A stretch of 64,000 bases of DNA from Candidatus Iainarchaeum sp. (GCA_040755695.1 JBFMAK010000001.1:128637-192636); one strand, 5' to 3'; numbered from the stretch's first letter, positions 9,688-19,777 are shown. The notes: generated by a model not told the origin, from the letters alone. Made by a program: numbers and translations.

Positions 9688-12600
9688 TTGAAGGTAGATA
9701 AATTGCAGGAAGCATTAATTGCCATCATAATTGGAATAATTGTTGTTGCTGCAGGTGCAACATTCATTGTAATGCAGCCAACAGGAAAAGCTCCAACCGG
9801 GCCTCCGCCTGAATGTGACTGCGTTATAACTTCTTGTAATACTTCCGTGCCAGAAATAGCTCCAAGCTCAACGAATGATTTAGTTACAGTAAGCTGGAGT
9901 TTTAATTCAGGTGACAGAACAGAACTTCAAAGGTCGCTTAATGGGAGTACCTGGAATACAATATACCAAGATGATAATCCAACACAGACCGACCACCAGT
10001 ACTCTGACATAAGTGTTTCAAACGGAACAAAATATTATTATAGGGCAGTGAATTACGGCCATGCAGTAGAATGCATGTGCGGCCGAGGAGCAGATTGTAG
10101 CCTCACTTCAGGCACAGTAAATGTAACGCCTGTTGCCCCCCCTGAAAAACCAACTGTAAGCCCGGGGAATGCACAAGTGAGTGTTTCCTGGAATTCTGTG
10201 CAGGGAGCAATAAATTATAAGATTCAAAGGAATGGAACAGATTTAAGCAATACAATTACTGGAACTACTTTCACTGACACAGGCCTAACAAACGGCCTCT
10301 CATATTATTATGCCGTTAAAGCCTGCTCTTCAACTGGCTGCAGTGAGCCCTCTGTTCAATCAGATACAGTTGTTCCTTCAGCAGGAAACCAGCCTCCTTC
10401 GCTGAACACTTTCGGTCCTTACGCATTAAACCTGCAGAAATTCAGCAATGTGCTGATTAAAGGCACTGCAACAGACTCTGACGGTACAATTGCTTCAATT
10501 GACTGGACTTCAAGCGATTGCACTATTCTCTCTCCAATGAAGCAGGGCATAGGCACTGCGACAGCAAACATTGCTGCTACAGCGCAATGCACTCAATTAG
10601 GAATAAAGACTGCTGCGCTCACAGCAACAGACAATGCAGGGGCAACAAATTCTGCTCAAGCACAAATTGATGTGTTTAATTTAAAGGTGAATTCAGCTTC
10701 AACAAATAAAACCTCGTATCAGGGAGGGGAAACAATTACATTTAATGCTTCATGGATTTCAAGCTATGTTCCTGCAAATGTTTACTTCTGCAAGAGTGCA
10801 ACAATTAATTCTACTCCACCTTACTGTACGGACTTGGCGTGGTGTTCTATTCCAGTTCTGGACTCAAGCACTAATTCAGGCAGCTGCAATTACAATTCTT
10901 CGAATTCCGATACAGGAACAAAAAATTATTATCCCATAATAATTAACTCAAAAGGCTACATTGACAGCGCCTATCCTTCAGGCAGCTTCACTGTAATTCA
11001 AAGCAATGACACTCAAGCGCCAACAGTAACAATTACTTCACCCCAAAACAATTCTACAGTTTCAGGCACAGTGACAGTAAATGCAGATGCAAGCGATAAT
11101 CTTGGGGTCTCAAAAGTTGAATTCTACATTGACGATGACAATATACCCAAGTTAACTGACACTACAGCGCCTTACTCCTATCAGTGGGACACAACAACAT
11201 ACTCTAATGCCCCGCACACAATCAAAGTGAAAGCATACGATGCAGCAGACAATAATGCTTCTGCTTCAATTGCAGTAACAGTAAGCAATAATTTGCCTCA
11301 GCCTCCTGCTGTTCCAGCAGGGCTTGCAGGGGCTATAGGAGACACCAATGCAATTCTCAGCTGGATTGCAGTTTCAGGGGCGAACTCTTACACGCTTGGA
11401 TGGAACACAAACAATTCTTCCTCTTATATTGACATCAATAATATTACAGCAAATTCTTATGTTCACAGGAACCTGAACAACGAAACAACATATTATTATG
11501 CTGTCAAGGCCTGCAATGCCAATGGCTGCAGCGCCTTTTCTTCTCCAAATGTTTCAGTCAAGCCAATGGCGTGCACAAGAAAAGGAGATGTAACGCACGA
11601 TAATACAATAAACTGCACTGACCTGCAGTGGCTCAGTGAAATGTATGCAGGAAGCCCGCGCAGGCAGGCCGACATGTGCGGGGACATGGACAACAGCGGC
11701 TTGATAAGCACTATTGACTTAATTAAATTAAGCCATGATTACAACCTGCAGTACTGCGGCGACACACTGCCGCCAATAATTTCAATAACCCGTCCAGTAA
11801 ATTACGACACAGTCACAGGCACAGTGGATATAAATGCAACAGTTACCGATGTTGGAACAATAACAAAAGCAGAATTATATATTGATGACCTCCTCAAGTC
11901 AACTGATACAACTGCCCCTTACGGTTGGTCCTGGAATACAGTGGATTCAAGCGACGGAACCCATACAATTAAAGTTAAAGCCTATGATGCAGCAGGCAAT
12001 AACGACTTTAATTCAATCATTGTAACAGTAAACAATGAAGGTTACGGGCCCCCTAAAATAAAAAGCTTTAATTGCACTGCAAGCAATCAGTCAGTAACCT
12101 TGAGCTGGACTGCAACAGGCAGCCCAACAATATACTACACTTTAAGCAGAGGCCTTTCAGCAGGCTCTTATACCGCAATAAGCAATGCAACAAACATTAC
12201 CCTCACACAATACCTTGACTCAGGCCTGAGCAATGGAACAACTTACTACTACAAACTGAAGGCAACAAACAATTACAATGGAAGCAGTTCAAGTGAAAGC
12301 ACCTGCAGTGCAACACCCCAAGCAAGAGTGTGCGGCAATGGAGTAATAGAAACAGGAGAACAATGCGAGGCAGACTCAGACTGCCATCAGCCAACCCATA
12401 AATGCGATACAGTGAACAGAAAGTACGGAACAAGGGATGTCTACTGCAGCAGCTGTTCATGCATTGCAGAGGACTGGAGCTGGAATTCAAGCACAAGTTC
12501 AGGGTCAGATTACTGCACTGAATGCGCAACCTGTGGCGACGACCAATGCAATTGTAATGAGAGCAAAAGCTCCTGTCCTGCAGACTGCGGAGGCACAACA

Positions 12601-13419
12601 ACTGATACTATACCTCCAGCAAAGCCCTCAGGCCTTGAAGCGCAGGCCGGAAACTCCAAAGTGGAATTAAGCTGGAATGCAAACTCAGAGTCAGATTTAT
12701 CAAAATACATTGTGTATTACGGCACAAGCTCAGGCTCTTATGGAACTGACATAATAGAAACAACAGGCAATTCAGCAACAGTTTACGAATTGCAGAACGG
12801 AACAACATATTATTTTTCGGTAAGGGCTGTTGATTCAAGCGGGAACAAGAGCACTTACTCAGATGAAGTTAGCTCTACACCTCAAGCCTCAATAAGCAAT
12901 GTCAATCCCCCAAGCAATGTAAAGGCATCCTTCTCTGAAGGAAAGGTGAAACTGCAGTGGAATGAGGCAAGCCCTGCGCCTGATTCCTATGAAATATACA
13001 AGAAGCTTTCGACTGAAGGCTCTTACAAGAAAATTTCCTCTACAGGAAATACAAGCTATTATGACTCTGATGTCACTCCAGGAAAAACATACAATTACAA
13101 GATTAAGTCAGTGAAAGATGGAATAAAAAGCGATTATTCGGCCAAGGCCTCAATTACAATTCCTGGAGCTCTAGAATGCAATCCAGCAAAAGATGATTAC
13201 TGCGACACAGCATGCGCGAGAGGAAAGGACCCTGACTGCAGTCCCTGCGTAAAGAACGGAGAATGCGAGAAAGACTTCAATGAAAGCTTCTCCAACTGCC
13301 CGGAAGACTGCAAGGAAGGAGTAGACATTGCCTCTCCTGAAATGGGAATAGGCGCAGGAATAGTTGCAGTTGCGGTAGTAATAGCAATAGCCTTCTTTAA
13401 GCTCATCCCTGGAACTTAA
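9688..13419 (+). CDS. Large surface protein: FN3 repeats, Ig-like domains, dockerin-like domain, Cys-rich repeats, N- and C-terminal TM
   Basis: Repeated LxNGTxYYYxVxA (FN3); DTxAPYxxxWxT...HTIKVKAYDAA (Ig-like); paired GDVTHDNTINCTD / GDMDNSGLISTID; CGNGVIETGEQC. Confidence 0.85.
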   Translation: MKVDKLQEALIAIIIGIIVVAAGATFIVMQPTGKAPTGPPPECDCVITSCNTSVPEIAPSSTNDLVTVSWSFNSGDRTELQRSLNGSTWNTIYQDDNPTQTDHQYSDISVSNGTKYYYRAVNYGHAVECMCGRGADCSLTSGTVNVTPVAPPEKPTVSPGNAQVSVSWNSVQGAINYKIQRNGTDLSNTITGTTFTDTGLTNGLSYYYAVKACSSTGCSEPSVQSDTVVPSAGNQPPSLNTFGPYALNLQKFSNVLIKGTATDSDGTIASIDWTSSDCTILSPMKQGIGTATANIAATAQCTQLGIKTAALTATDNAGATNSAQAQIDVFNLKVNSASTNKTSYQGGETITFNASWISSYVPANVYFCKSATINSTPPYCTDLAWCSIPVLDSSTNSGSCNYNSSNSDTGTKNYYPIIINSKGYIDSAYPSGSFTVIQSNDTQAPTVTITSPQNNSTVSGTVTVNADASDNLGVSKVEFYIDDDNIPKLTDTTAPYSYQWDTTTYSNAPHTIKVKAYDAADNNASASIAVTVSNNLPQPPAVPAGLAGAIGDTNAILSWIAVSGANSYTLGWNTNNSSSYIDINNITANSYVHRNLNNETTYYYAVKACNANGCSAFSSPNVSVKPMACTRKGDVTHDNTINCTDLQWLSEMYAGSPRRQADMCGDMDNSGLISTIDLIKLSHDYNLQYCGDTLPPIISITRPVNYDTVTGTVDINATVTDVGTITKAELYIDDLLKSTDTTAPYGWSWNTVDSSDGTHTIKVKAYDAAGNNDFNSIIVTVNNEGYGPPKIKSFNCTASNQSVTLSWTATGSPTIYYTLSRGLSAGSYTAISNATNITLTQYLDSGLSNGTTYYYKLKATNNYNGSSSSESTCSATPQARVCGNGVIETGEQCEADSDCHQPTHKCDTVNRKYGTRDVYCSSCSCIAEDWSWNSSTSSGSDYCTECATCGDDQCNCNESKSSCPADCGGTTTDTIPPAKPSGLEAQAGNSKVELSWNANSESDLSKYIVYYGTSSGSYGTDIIETTGNSATVYELQNGTTYYFSVRAVDSSGNKSTYSDEVSSTPQASISNVNPPSNVKASFSEGKVKLQWNEASPAPDSYEIYKKLSTEGSYKKISSTGNTSYYDSDVTPGKTYNYKIKSVKDGIKSDYSAKASITIPGALECNPAKDDYCDTACARGKDPDCSPCVKNGECEKDFNESFSNCPEDCKEGVDIASPEMGIGAGIVAVAVVIAIAFFKLIPGT

Positions 13420-13480
13420 TTGGATTATCTTTTTATTAAATGATATTTTGAAACCATATTTAAGGGAAGGCAATTCAATT

Positions 13481-13810
13481 ATGAGTGAAGAAATAGAATG
13501 CCATCTGTGCAAGGGCAAAGCAAAACTGCAGTTTGAAGAACTATCCCTAGACAAAGGGAGGATAATAATAAAGGAGTCCCCTTACTATAAGTGCTCTAAC
13601 TGCAAAGAAGAATTTGCCACAAGCCAGCAAATGGCAGGGCTTTCCGAACAAATAAACACAAAATTTACATTTCAGAGGGCAATAATAAATGCTGGAAGAA
13701 GCCTTGCCATTACATTGTCTTCGGACATAGCCCACTTCTACAAACTAAAAAAAGGAAAAAAAATAAAGATAATCCCAGAAAACAAGCACACCTTAAGGGT
13801 TATGGTTTAA
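13481..13810 (+). CDS. Zn-ribbon (YgiT/MqsA-like) plus AbrB/MazE-domain antitoxin-like protein
   Basis: CHLC...CSNC then NAGRSLAITLS; start moved to MSEE. Confidence 0.75.
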   Translation: MSEEIECHLCKGKAKLQFEELSLDKGRIIIKESPYYKCSNCKEEFATSQQMAGLSEQINTKFTFQRAIINAGRSLAITLSSDIAHFYKLKKGKKIKIIPENKHTLRVMV

Positions 13811-13870
13811 GAAGCAAAAGAAAAAATAATTTAATTGAAATAAAATAAAATTAGCTAATAAAAAAGGTTT

Positions 13871-15316
13871 TTGCATATGCCCTCGCAGCTCTGGACTGAA
13901 AGATATTTTCCTGGAAACCTTACGGAATTCATTGGGAATACAGACATAGTTGAAAAGATTGTTGCGTGGGCCAATGAATGGAAGAAGGGAAAGAAAGGCA
14001 AGCCATTGCTCTTGTATGGCCCGACAGGAACAGGAAAGACAGCCCTTGCATATCTAATTGCAAGAATCAATAACTGGGACATATTCGAATTGAATGCATC
14101 AGACTTCAGGACAAAAGAAATAATTGAAAGGATTGTCTCAGGAGCAGCATTGAACGCAAGCTTTTCAGGGCAATTAAGGCTAATCCTCTTAGATGAAATT
14201 GACGGTCTTCAAGCCAGAGACAAAGGAGGGGCTGGAGCAGTTCTCGCAGTGCTCAAAGAAGCACAAAACCCAGTAATCCTTACAGCAAACGACATTTACT
14301 CCAACAGAAAGCTTGCGCCAATAAAAGCCTACTGCCAGCAACTCCAATTCAAGCGCGTTAACTATCTCTCAATAGCAAAAAGGCTGAAAGAAATACTGGA
14401 ATTGGAGAAGGTTTCCTTTGACCCTGAAGCAATAACTCTCCTCTCAAAAAACTGTTCAGGCGACATAAGGTCTGCATTAATTGACCTGCAAACACTTTCC
14501 ATGAAAGGAAGAATTGAAATGAAAGACATTGAAAGCCTTTCCTACAGGGAAAGAGAAGAAGATGTCTTCAAAATTCTGAGGAAGATCTTCACTGCAAAAG
14601 AATTCAGTGAAGCCCGCAATCCAAGATTCTCTTCAGAGATAAGCGATGAACTCCTGGAGAGATGGATTGAAGAAAACATTCCAAGGCACTTCACTGAACC
14701 AAATGATACAGCAAATGCTTTTGAGCGCCTGAGCAAGGCAGACATATTTAATGGCAGAATAATGAGGAGGCAGCATTACGGCTTCCTCCGTTATTCCTCG
14801 GATTTAATGACTGTTGGTGTTTCCCTTTCAAAATCAAAAGACTACCCTGGCTTCATAATGTACCAGTTCCCAAAGCTTTTGAGCTCCTTAAGCAAGAGCT
14901 CAGGCATTAGAGCAACAAAGAAAGGCCTTGCAGAAAAATTAAGCGAGAAAATCCATTCCTCAACACATGAAATCATTGGAGAAGACCTTCCCTTCATTAA
15001 AATCCTTTTCAGGAACAAAAATGAGGCGGTAGAATTCAGCGCGCAATTCGATTTAAGCGAAGAAGAAATTGCCTTCCTGCTCGGAACAAAGCCTGAAACA
15101 AAAAAAGTCAAAGAATTATACGAGAAAGCGCAGGAGAAGAAAAACAAAATCATTTCAGGCAAGAGGAGAGCCTTTTCAGGCATCACAGAATTCGAGCTGA
15201 AAAGAATAGAAGAAACAAAAAAAATTGAGGGGGAGGCAGAAGAGAGCGCAGAAGAAAAAAAGGAAACCATAGAAGAAGAAAAGCAAACTTCCCTGAAGGG
15301 TTTCCCGGGAAAATAA
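13871..15316 (+). CDS. rfcL: Replication factor C large subunit
   Basis: LWTERYFP, GPTGTGKT, ELNASD, LLDEIDG, GDIRSALIDL, C-terminal PIP-like QTSLKGF. Confidence 0.95.
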   Translation: MHMPSQLWTERYFPGNLTEFIGNTDIVEKIVAWANEWKKGKKGKPLLLYGPTGTGKTALAYLIARINNWDIFELNASDFRTKEIIERIVSGAALNASFSGQLRLILLDEIDGLQARDKGGAGAVLAVLKEAQNPVILTANDIYSNRKLAPIKAYCQQLQFKRVNYLSIAKRLKEILELEKVSFDPEAITLLSKNCSGDIRSALIDLQTLSMKGRIEMKDIESLSYREREEDVFKILRKIFTAKEFSEARNPRFSSEISDELLERWIEENIPRHFTEPNDTANAFERLSKADIFNGRIMRRQHYGFLRYSSDLMTVGVSLSKSKDYPGFIMYQFPKLLSSLSKSSGIRATKKGLAEKLSEKIHSSTHEIIGEDLPFIKILFRNKNEAVEFSAQFDLSEEEIAFLLGTKPETKKVKELYEKAQEKKNKIISGKRRAFSGITEFELKRIEETKKIEGEAEESAEEKKETIEEEKQTSLKGFPGK

Positions 15317-15344
15317 TCATTAAATCGTTATTTAATATTTAGCG

Positions 15345-16004
15345 TCATAATTGTTTGTAGCCTTCCTTTTTTTCAATTATAATGCCTTTAAATATTCCAA
15401 AACCGCAAGGTTCACATTCAATCTTTTTTTTATTAAGCATAGCTGTAACATACGACAACTGGATTGGAAGCAGATGCAGAAATGCTATCCCCCCAACATT
15501 TAATGAATTATAAACATTTTTTACTGCTTTGGTCATGTCTGTCGACCAAGAAATCCCGGTAAGTGAAATGATTACATCGTATTTTTTTAGTTTCTTATAA
15601 TTCTCAATTCTTCCAAGATGTACGTTATCTATTGCTTTGAAGGTCGTTCCTTTTATTTTTTTATTTGCAAGCTTCGGTCTTGTTAAAGAAATGCTTGAAG
15701 TAATAATTTTATTTCCAAATTGTTTTTTTAATTCAAGTAAAGCGCGTCCTTTGCCAGCCCCAACGTCAAGCACGCTTATTTTTTCTTTCTGTCTTAATTT
15801 TTTATTGATGAGTTGGGAAATATCTGTTCCAAACAGAAAATTATATCTTTTTAAACTCCGTCCTCTTACATAAAAAATTGAGGGCAATAATCTCCTGTCT
15901 TTCTTTCTCAATTTTTTGATAAGTTTTGCCTCTTTTATTCTTTTTTCTCTGAGTTTTTCCTTTAACCCTTCAAATTTCTCAAGAGGCATTTTGCGTTTAA
16001 ACAT
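15345..16004 (-). CDS. Class I SAM-dependent methyltransferase
   Basis: VLDVGAGKG, YDVIIS, LNVGG motifs. Confidence 0.8.
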   Translation of the reverse strand: MFKRKMPLEKFEGLKEKLREKRIKEAKLIKKLRKKDRRLLPSIFYVRGRSLKRYNFLFGTDISQLINKKLRQKEKISVLDVGAGKGRALLELKKQFGNKIITSSISLTRPKLANKKIKGTTFKAIDNVHLGRIENYKKLKKYDVIISLTGISWSTDMTKAVKNVYNSLNVGGIAFLHLLPIQLSYVTAMLNKKKIECEPCGFGIFKGIIIEKKEGYKQL

Positions 16005-16030
16005 ACGAACTCTCTTTTAGTAACTAAAAT

Positions 16031-17374
16031 TCACTCTAATTCTAATTCTTCCTGGACTTCCTCTTTGGATTCAAGGGAAGAGTTCTTCACGATATAGTTT
16101 TCTATTTCCTTTGAGATTTTTTTCCTGTAAAAGTAAAGTATTGCCCCAACCACAATTATTGCTGCCAGGACAAGGAATTTGTAGGGCGCCCCCATTAATT
16201 CCAAGGCGAATTTGGCTGTATCAAAGGCAGGAGCAATATTTTTTTCAAGAGTGTAGCCCAATTCAAGCCTGTTGTCTGAGGTGTAGCCCTGCCAGACAAC
16301 CCTTTTGTCTAAAACAATTCCCTGAGGCCTTACAGGCAGGATTATTTCAGCATTAATAGGGAAAGAAAAAATTATTTTTGTTTTTTCAGGGATGATTATG
16401 GTGCTCCCGCTCTGGAATTTGCTGAATTCCTTCTGGTTCAAAGTCCATTTCACAAGTCTTCCTGGCGCTTCAGACTGCCTTGAAAAAATAGGGTTATCCA
16501 AAGAATAAACAAGCCTTATATAACTTTTTTTTAGGCCGTCCTCAATAAAGGACACAGCAGCACTGCTTATTTCAGTGTCCTTTTCCCCCATGTGGGCGAA
16601 AATCTTCTGGTTTGATGCAGTCCAAACAGAAAGTGTTGAGCCATTCTTTGAGGCAAGGTCCCTGAAGTAATTTAATTCATCCTGCGATTCAAAGGAAAGA
16701 TAGTAAAATTCTTTCACTAAAGAAGCATATCCTTTTTCGTCAACCTCGATCTGGATTTCAGTCCCTGTTATCTGAGGCTGCTGGAAAGGCTTGGGCAGAG
16801 AAAAAGTCAGTTCAACGACATTGCTTGAAATAAAGCCATTCCATGTCACCTTATTATTTTCACTCAAGGCCTCAGGGCTTATTGGATAGGAGATTTCTGC
16901 CCCCACAGGCAAAGCAAAAGAAATTATTGTATTTTCAGGGATTACAAGGATTCCATCAGAATGGAACCCGTACATCTTTGTTTTATCCAAAGAAAAATAA
17001 TTCTTCTGGCCTGAAGCCTGCTCTGAAAAAAGTTTTTGGGCAGGATAAGAAAGCCTTACATATTTCTGGCTTCCTTTTTCTTCAAAAGAAAAAGTTTTAT
17101 TCTCTCCATCACTTTCGCTTGAACCAAGGCTGCTGAAGATTTCAGGATCAAAGGCCTTCCATGCAGCAGCATTCTGGCCCAAAGAAATTGCGGTTGCCTT
17201 AAATTCATTCAATTCTTCTAAGCCATTGAAATCAAAAAAGAATTTTTCTGTGATGCTTGCATTCCCTGAATTGCTTACAATAACATCAATTGAATGACCT
17301 GAGAGAACTCTTGCCTGAACGCCCGCGCCAAACAATATAAAGCATAGAACCAATGCAAAAAGCAATTTCTTCAT
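16031..17374 (-). CDS. Secreted/membrane-anchored protein with internally duplicated ~190-aa domain
   Basis: Signal peptide MKKLLFALV; two copies of IxVxxxGxA...E.F....WxA...IPExTxIxFxxPxxAEIxxP...WxGx; C-terminal TM. Confidence 0.75.
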   Translation of the reverse strand: MKKLLFALVLCFILFGAGVQARVLSGHSIDVIVSNSGNASITEKFFFDFNGLEELNEFKATAISLGQNAAAWKAFDPEIFSSLGSSESDGENKTFSFEEKGSQKYVRLSYPAQKLFSEQASGQKNYFSLDKTKMYGFHSDGILVIPENTIISFALPVGAEISYPISPEALSENNKVTWNGFISSNVVELTFSLPKPFQQPQITGTEIQIEVDEKGYASLVKEFYYLSFESQDELNYFRDLASKNGSTLSVWTASNQKIFAHMGEKDTEISSAAVSFIEDGLKKSYIRLVYSLDNPIFSRQSEAPGRLVKWTLNQKEFSKFQSGSTIIIPEKTKIIFSFPINAEIILPVRPQGIVLDKRVVWQGYTSDNRLELGYTLEKNIAPAFDTAKFALELMGAPYKFLVLAAIIVVGAILYFYRKKISKEIENYIVKNSSLESKEEVQEELELE

Positions 17375-17458
17375 TTTCCAAAGCCTTTTTTTTCTCACAG
17401 TAATATTATTACGAGCTCAAAATATTTATTCCTTGCACTTTTCAAAGCAAAAAACCTG

Positions 17459-17502
17459 AAATCCAAACATACTGATTTATAAATCCAAACATACTGATTT
17501 AT
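17459..17502. repeat. Exact 22-bp tandem duplication aaatccaaacatactgatttat x2
   Basis: Read directly; lies in a divergent intergenic region. Confidence 0.95.
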
Positions 17503-17528
17503 ATTCCAGAAAATACTTATATACTATC

Positions 17529-17592
17529 GTTTCAAGCAAAGCTTGAAACATTTCAATCCACTTCAGTGGAATTGAAATCATTTCAAGCAAAA
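17529..17592. repeat. Cluster of TTTCAA...TTGAAA palindromes
   Basis: gtttcaagc-aaa-gcttgaaac (17529-17549), atttcaatccacttcagtggaattgaaat (17550-17578), then a partial tttcaagcaaa. Confidence 0.85.
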
Positions 17593-17634
17593 GAATTCGC
17601 TTAAAGGAAACAAGCCCAGTACCCGTGATGATTA

Positions 17635-18321
17635 ATGGTTGAAATCCAATACCTAGGCCACTCAGGCTTTAAGCTGAATTTCCCTCACACCTCAATCCTC
17701 ATTGATCCTTTCCTGAACAATTCCAATGCTGAACCTGAATTCAAGACCCTGACTAAAATCCCTTTAAAGGAAGAAGAATTCAAGGGGATTGGGCTGATAT
17801 TGATAACGCACGAGCACTTTGACCATTTCGACAAGAAAGCAATTGAAGCAATAGCAAAAAACAATGACTCTTACATTATAGGCCACGAGAGCGTCATACA
17901 GGAACTGAATGTCCCAAAGCATTTGCTCTGCCCTATAAAATTAGGCGAAAAGATTTCAATAAAAAGAATTGATGTAACTGCAGTTACAGCGCACCACCCC
18001 AATTCTTATTATCCTTTAGGTTACCTTATTGACTCAGGGAAAGAAATAATCTATCACGCAGGCGACACAGACTTAATTGATGAATTCACTGACATAAAGG
18101 CAGACATTGCATTGCTTCCAATAGGAGGAAACTTCACAATGGACTGCGTCGACGGCGTAAAAGCAACAAAGGTAATAAAACCAAAGGTCGTAATCCCAAT
18201 GCACTACAACACCTTCTCCCTCATAAAAGCCGACGCCAATGAATTCAAGTCCAAAATAGAGAAATCCATCCCCGAAACAAAAACAATAATACTACAGCCA
18301 GGCGAAACATTCAATTACTGA
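17635..18321 (+). CDS. Metallo-beta-lactamase-fold metal-dependent hydrolase (UPF0173-like)
   Basis: YLGHSGF, LITHEHFDH, YHAGDT, LLPIGG, IPMHY. Confidence 0.9.
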   Translation: MVEIQYLGHSGFKLNFPHTSILIDPFLNNSNAEPEFKTLTKIPLKEEEFKGIGLILITHEHFDHFDKKAIEAIAKNNDSYIIGHESVIQELNVPKHLLCPIKLGEKISIKRIDVTAVTAHHPNSYYPLGYLIDSGKEIIYHAGDTDLIDEFTDIKADIALLPIGGNFTMDCVDGVKATKVIKPKVVIPMHYNTFSLIKADANEFKSKIEKSIPETKTIILQPGETFNY

Positions 18322-18326
18322 AAAAA

Positions 18327-19028
18327 TTAGTCCCACACATTTTTTTCTGCTTCAATTAATTGTTCTGGAGTACTTATGTCCAGCAGCCCAGCACTCAAGG
18401 GAATCCATTCCACTTTGCCGTGCACTGCAAGCCAGTTGATTGCGTCCGTTACCTCCAGTTCATTCCTCTCGCTTGGCTTAATGTTCTGTATTGCCTCAAA
18501 AATTCTTTCGCTGAACCTGTAAACTCCAGAATTAATCAAATTGGAGGGCTGCCTTCCCCTTTCAGGCTTTTCCACAATGCTTTTGAGAGTGCTTCCCTGC
18601 ACTTCAAGGACGCCATAATTCCATGGATCAGGAACCTTCCTCCCAATTAACACTGCATCAAAGCCTTTACTTGCCTTAAGGCTCTCAATTACCTGTGGCT
18701 CAAAGATCAGGTCGCCATTAACGCAAATGAAATCCTTTCCTTCAGTGAAATCCCTTGCCTGCAGTACAGCGTCTGCTGTGCCCAAAGGCTTTTCCTGCTC
18801 AATATAAGCAATTCTTACCCCCTTAAAAAAAGAGCCAAATTGCTCTACAATCATTTCCTTCCTGTACCCCACAATTACTCCAACCTCTCTGATTCCAGCT
18901 TTCCTGAAGGAATCAAAAGCCCTCTCCAGGAAACTCCTTCCCTTCACCTCAATTAAGGCCTTAGGAATTTTTTCAGTGAGAGGCCGCATCCTCAAGCCTT
19001 TTCCTGCTGCAAGAATTATTGCCTTCAT
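18327..19028 (-). CDS. Sugar-phosphate nucleotidyltransferase (RmlA/GlmU N-terminal type)
   Basis: AIILAAGKGLRMRPLT..PK, EQEKPLGTADAV, VEKP. Confidence 0.9.
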   Translation of the reverse strand: MKAIILAAGKGLRMRPLTEKIPKALIEVKGRSFLERAFDSFRKAGIREVGVIVGYRKEMIVEQFGSFFKGVRIAYIEQEKPLGTADAVLQARDFTEGKDFICVNGDLIFEPQVIESLKASKGFDAVLIGRKVPDPWNYGVLEVQGSTLKSIVEKPERGRQPSNLINSGVYRFSERIFEAIQNIKPSERNELEVTDAINWLAVHGKVEWIPLSAGLLDISTPEQLIEAEKNVWD

Positions 19029-19124
19029 TGCAAAACCTTCAAAATTTAGGAAACAAAAAATTTAAACACTGATAAGGCAAAACATATTTAAATATAATAG
19101 AATACATGTATTATAGGTCTTACA

Positions 19125-19364
19125 ATGGAATTAAAAATTAACTGGGACCACAAAAGGTGCAAGCACGCAATAGAAAGAATGTGGCTGAGAGGCATATCTC
19201 ACTTAGAAGTTAAAGAAGCGCTTATGAAAGGGCAGAAAATAAAGAAATATCATGACATAATTGAATCAGTTTATTCTTATTACAGTGTTGTTTATGCCGA
19301 AAGGTTTTTTACCAAGGGGAATATAAGAAAAGTTTATCCAATAACAATAAAAATTATGGAGTGA
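19125..19364 (+). CDS. DUF4258-like (RelE/BrnT-related) toxin
   Basis: KHAIERMWLRGIS...EV..AL..G motif, ends VYPITI; upstream of antitoxin-like gene. Confidence 0.7.
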   Translation: MELKINWDHKRCKHAIERMWLRGISHLEVKEALMKGQKIKKYHDIIESVYSYYSVVYAERFFTKGNIRKVYPITIKIME

Positions 19365-19367
19365 TTT

Positions 19368-19715
19368 TTGATGGCTGAAAAAGTTTTGCCTGTTACATGC
19401 TCTTGCGGGGGCAGACTGAAGAAGACTTTTGTTCCAGTGGAATTCTTCGGAATAGATTTTGGAATAAGAGAGGCAGAGGTATGCACTAGATGCAATGCAG
19501 AATACTTGGACGAAAAATTAATGGAAAAAATAGAAAAAGAAATAAAAAAGAAAGGCCTGTTCGGTTTGGAGTCAAAGGTAAAAGTAACAAAATCAGGCAA
19601 CTCTCTTGTAATCAGAATTCCGCCAGAAATAGCAAAATTCACGGGCTTGCAATATGAAACTCTATTGAGGATATTTCCAGTAAGCAAAAAAAGAATAGAA
19701 ATAGAGGCCCTCTAA
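19368..19715 (+). CDS. Zn-ribbon plus AbrB antitoxin
   Basis: CSCGG...CTRCNAEY then KSGNSLVIRIP. Confidence 0.8.
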   Translation: MMAEKVLPVTCSCGGRLKKTFVPVEFFGIDFGIREAEVCTRCNAEYLDEKLMEKIEKEIKKKGLFGLESKVKVTKSGNSLVIRIPPEIAKFTGLQYETLLRIFPVSKKRIEIEAL

Positions 19716-19777
19716 ATTAAATTCAAAGGCATTCTGCTTCCAAAAAACAATTAAAACCCAAAGAATCAATTTATTTC

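Noticed and set aside
17550..17578. CRISPR-repeat-like sequence ending ATTGAAA
   Set aside because: Single copy, no regular repeat-spacer periodicity, no cas genes in the window.
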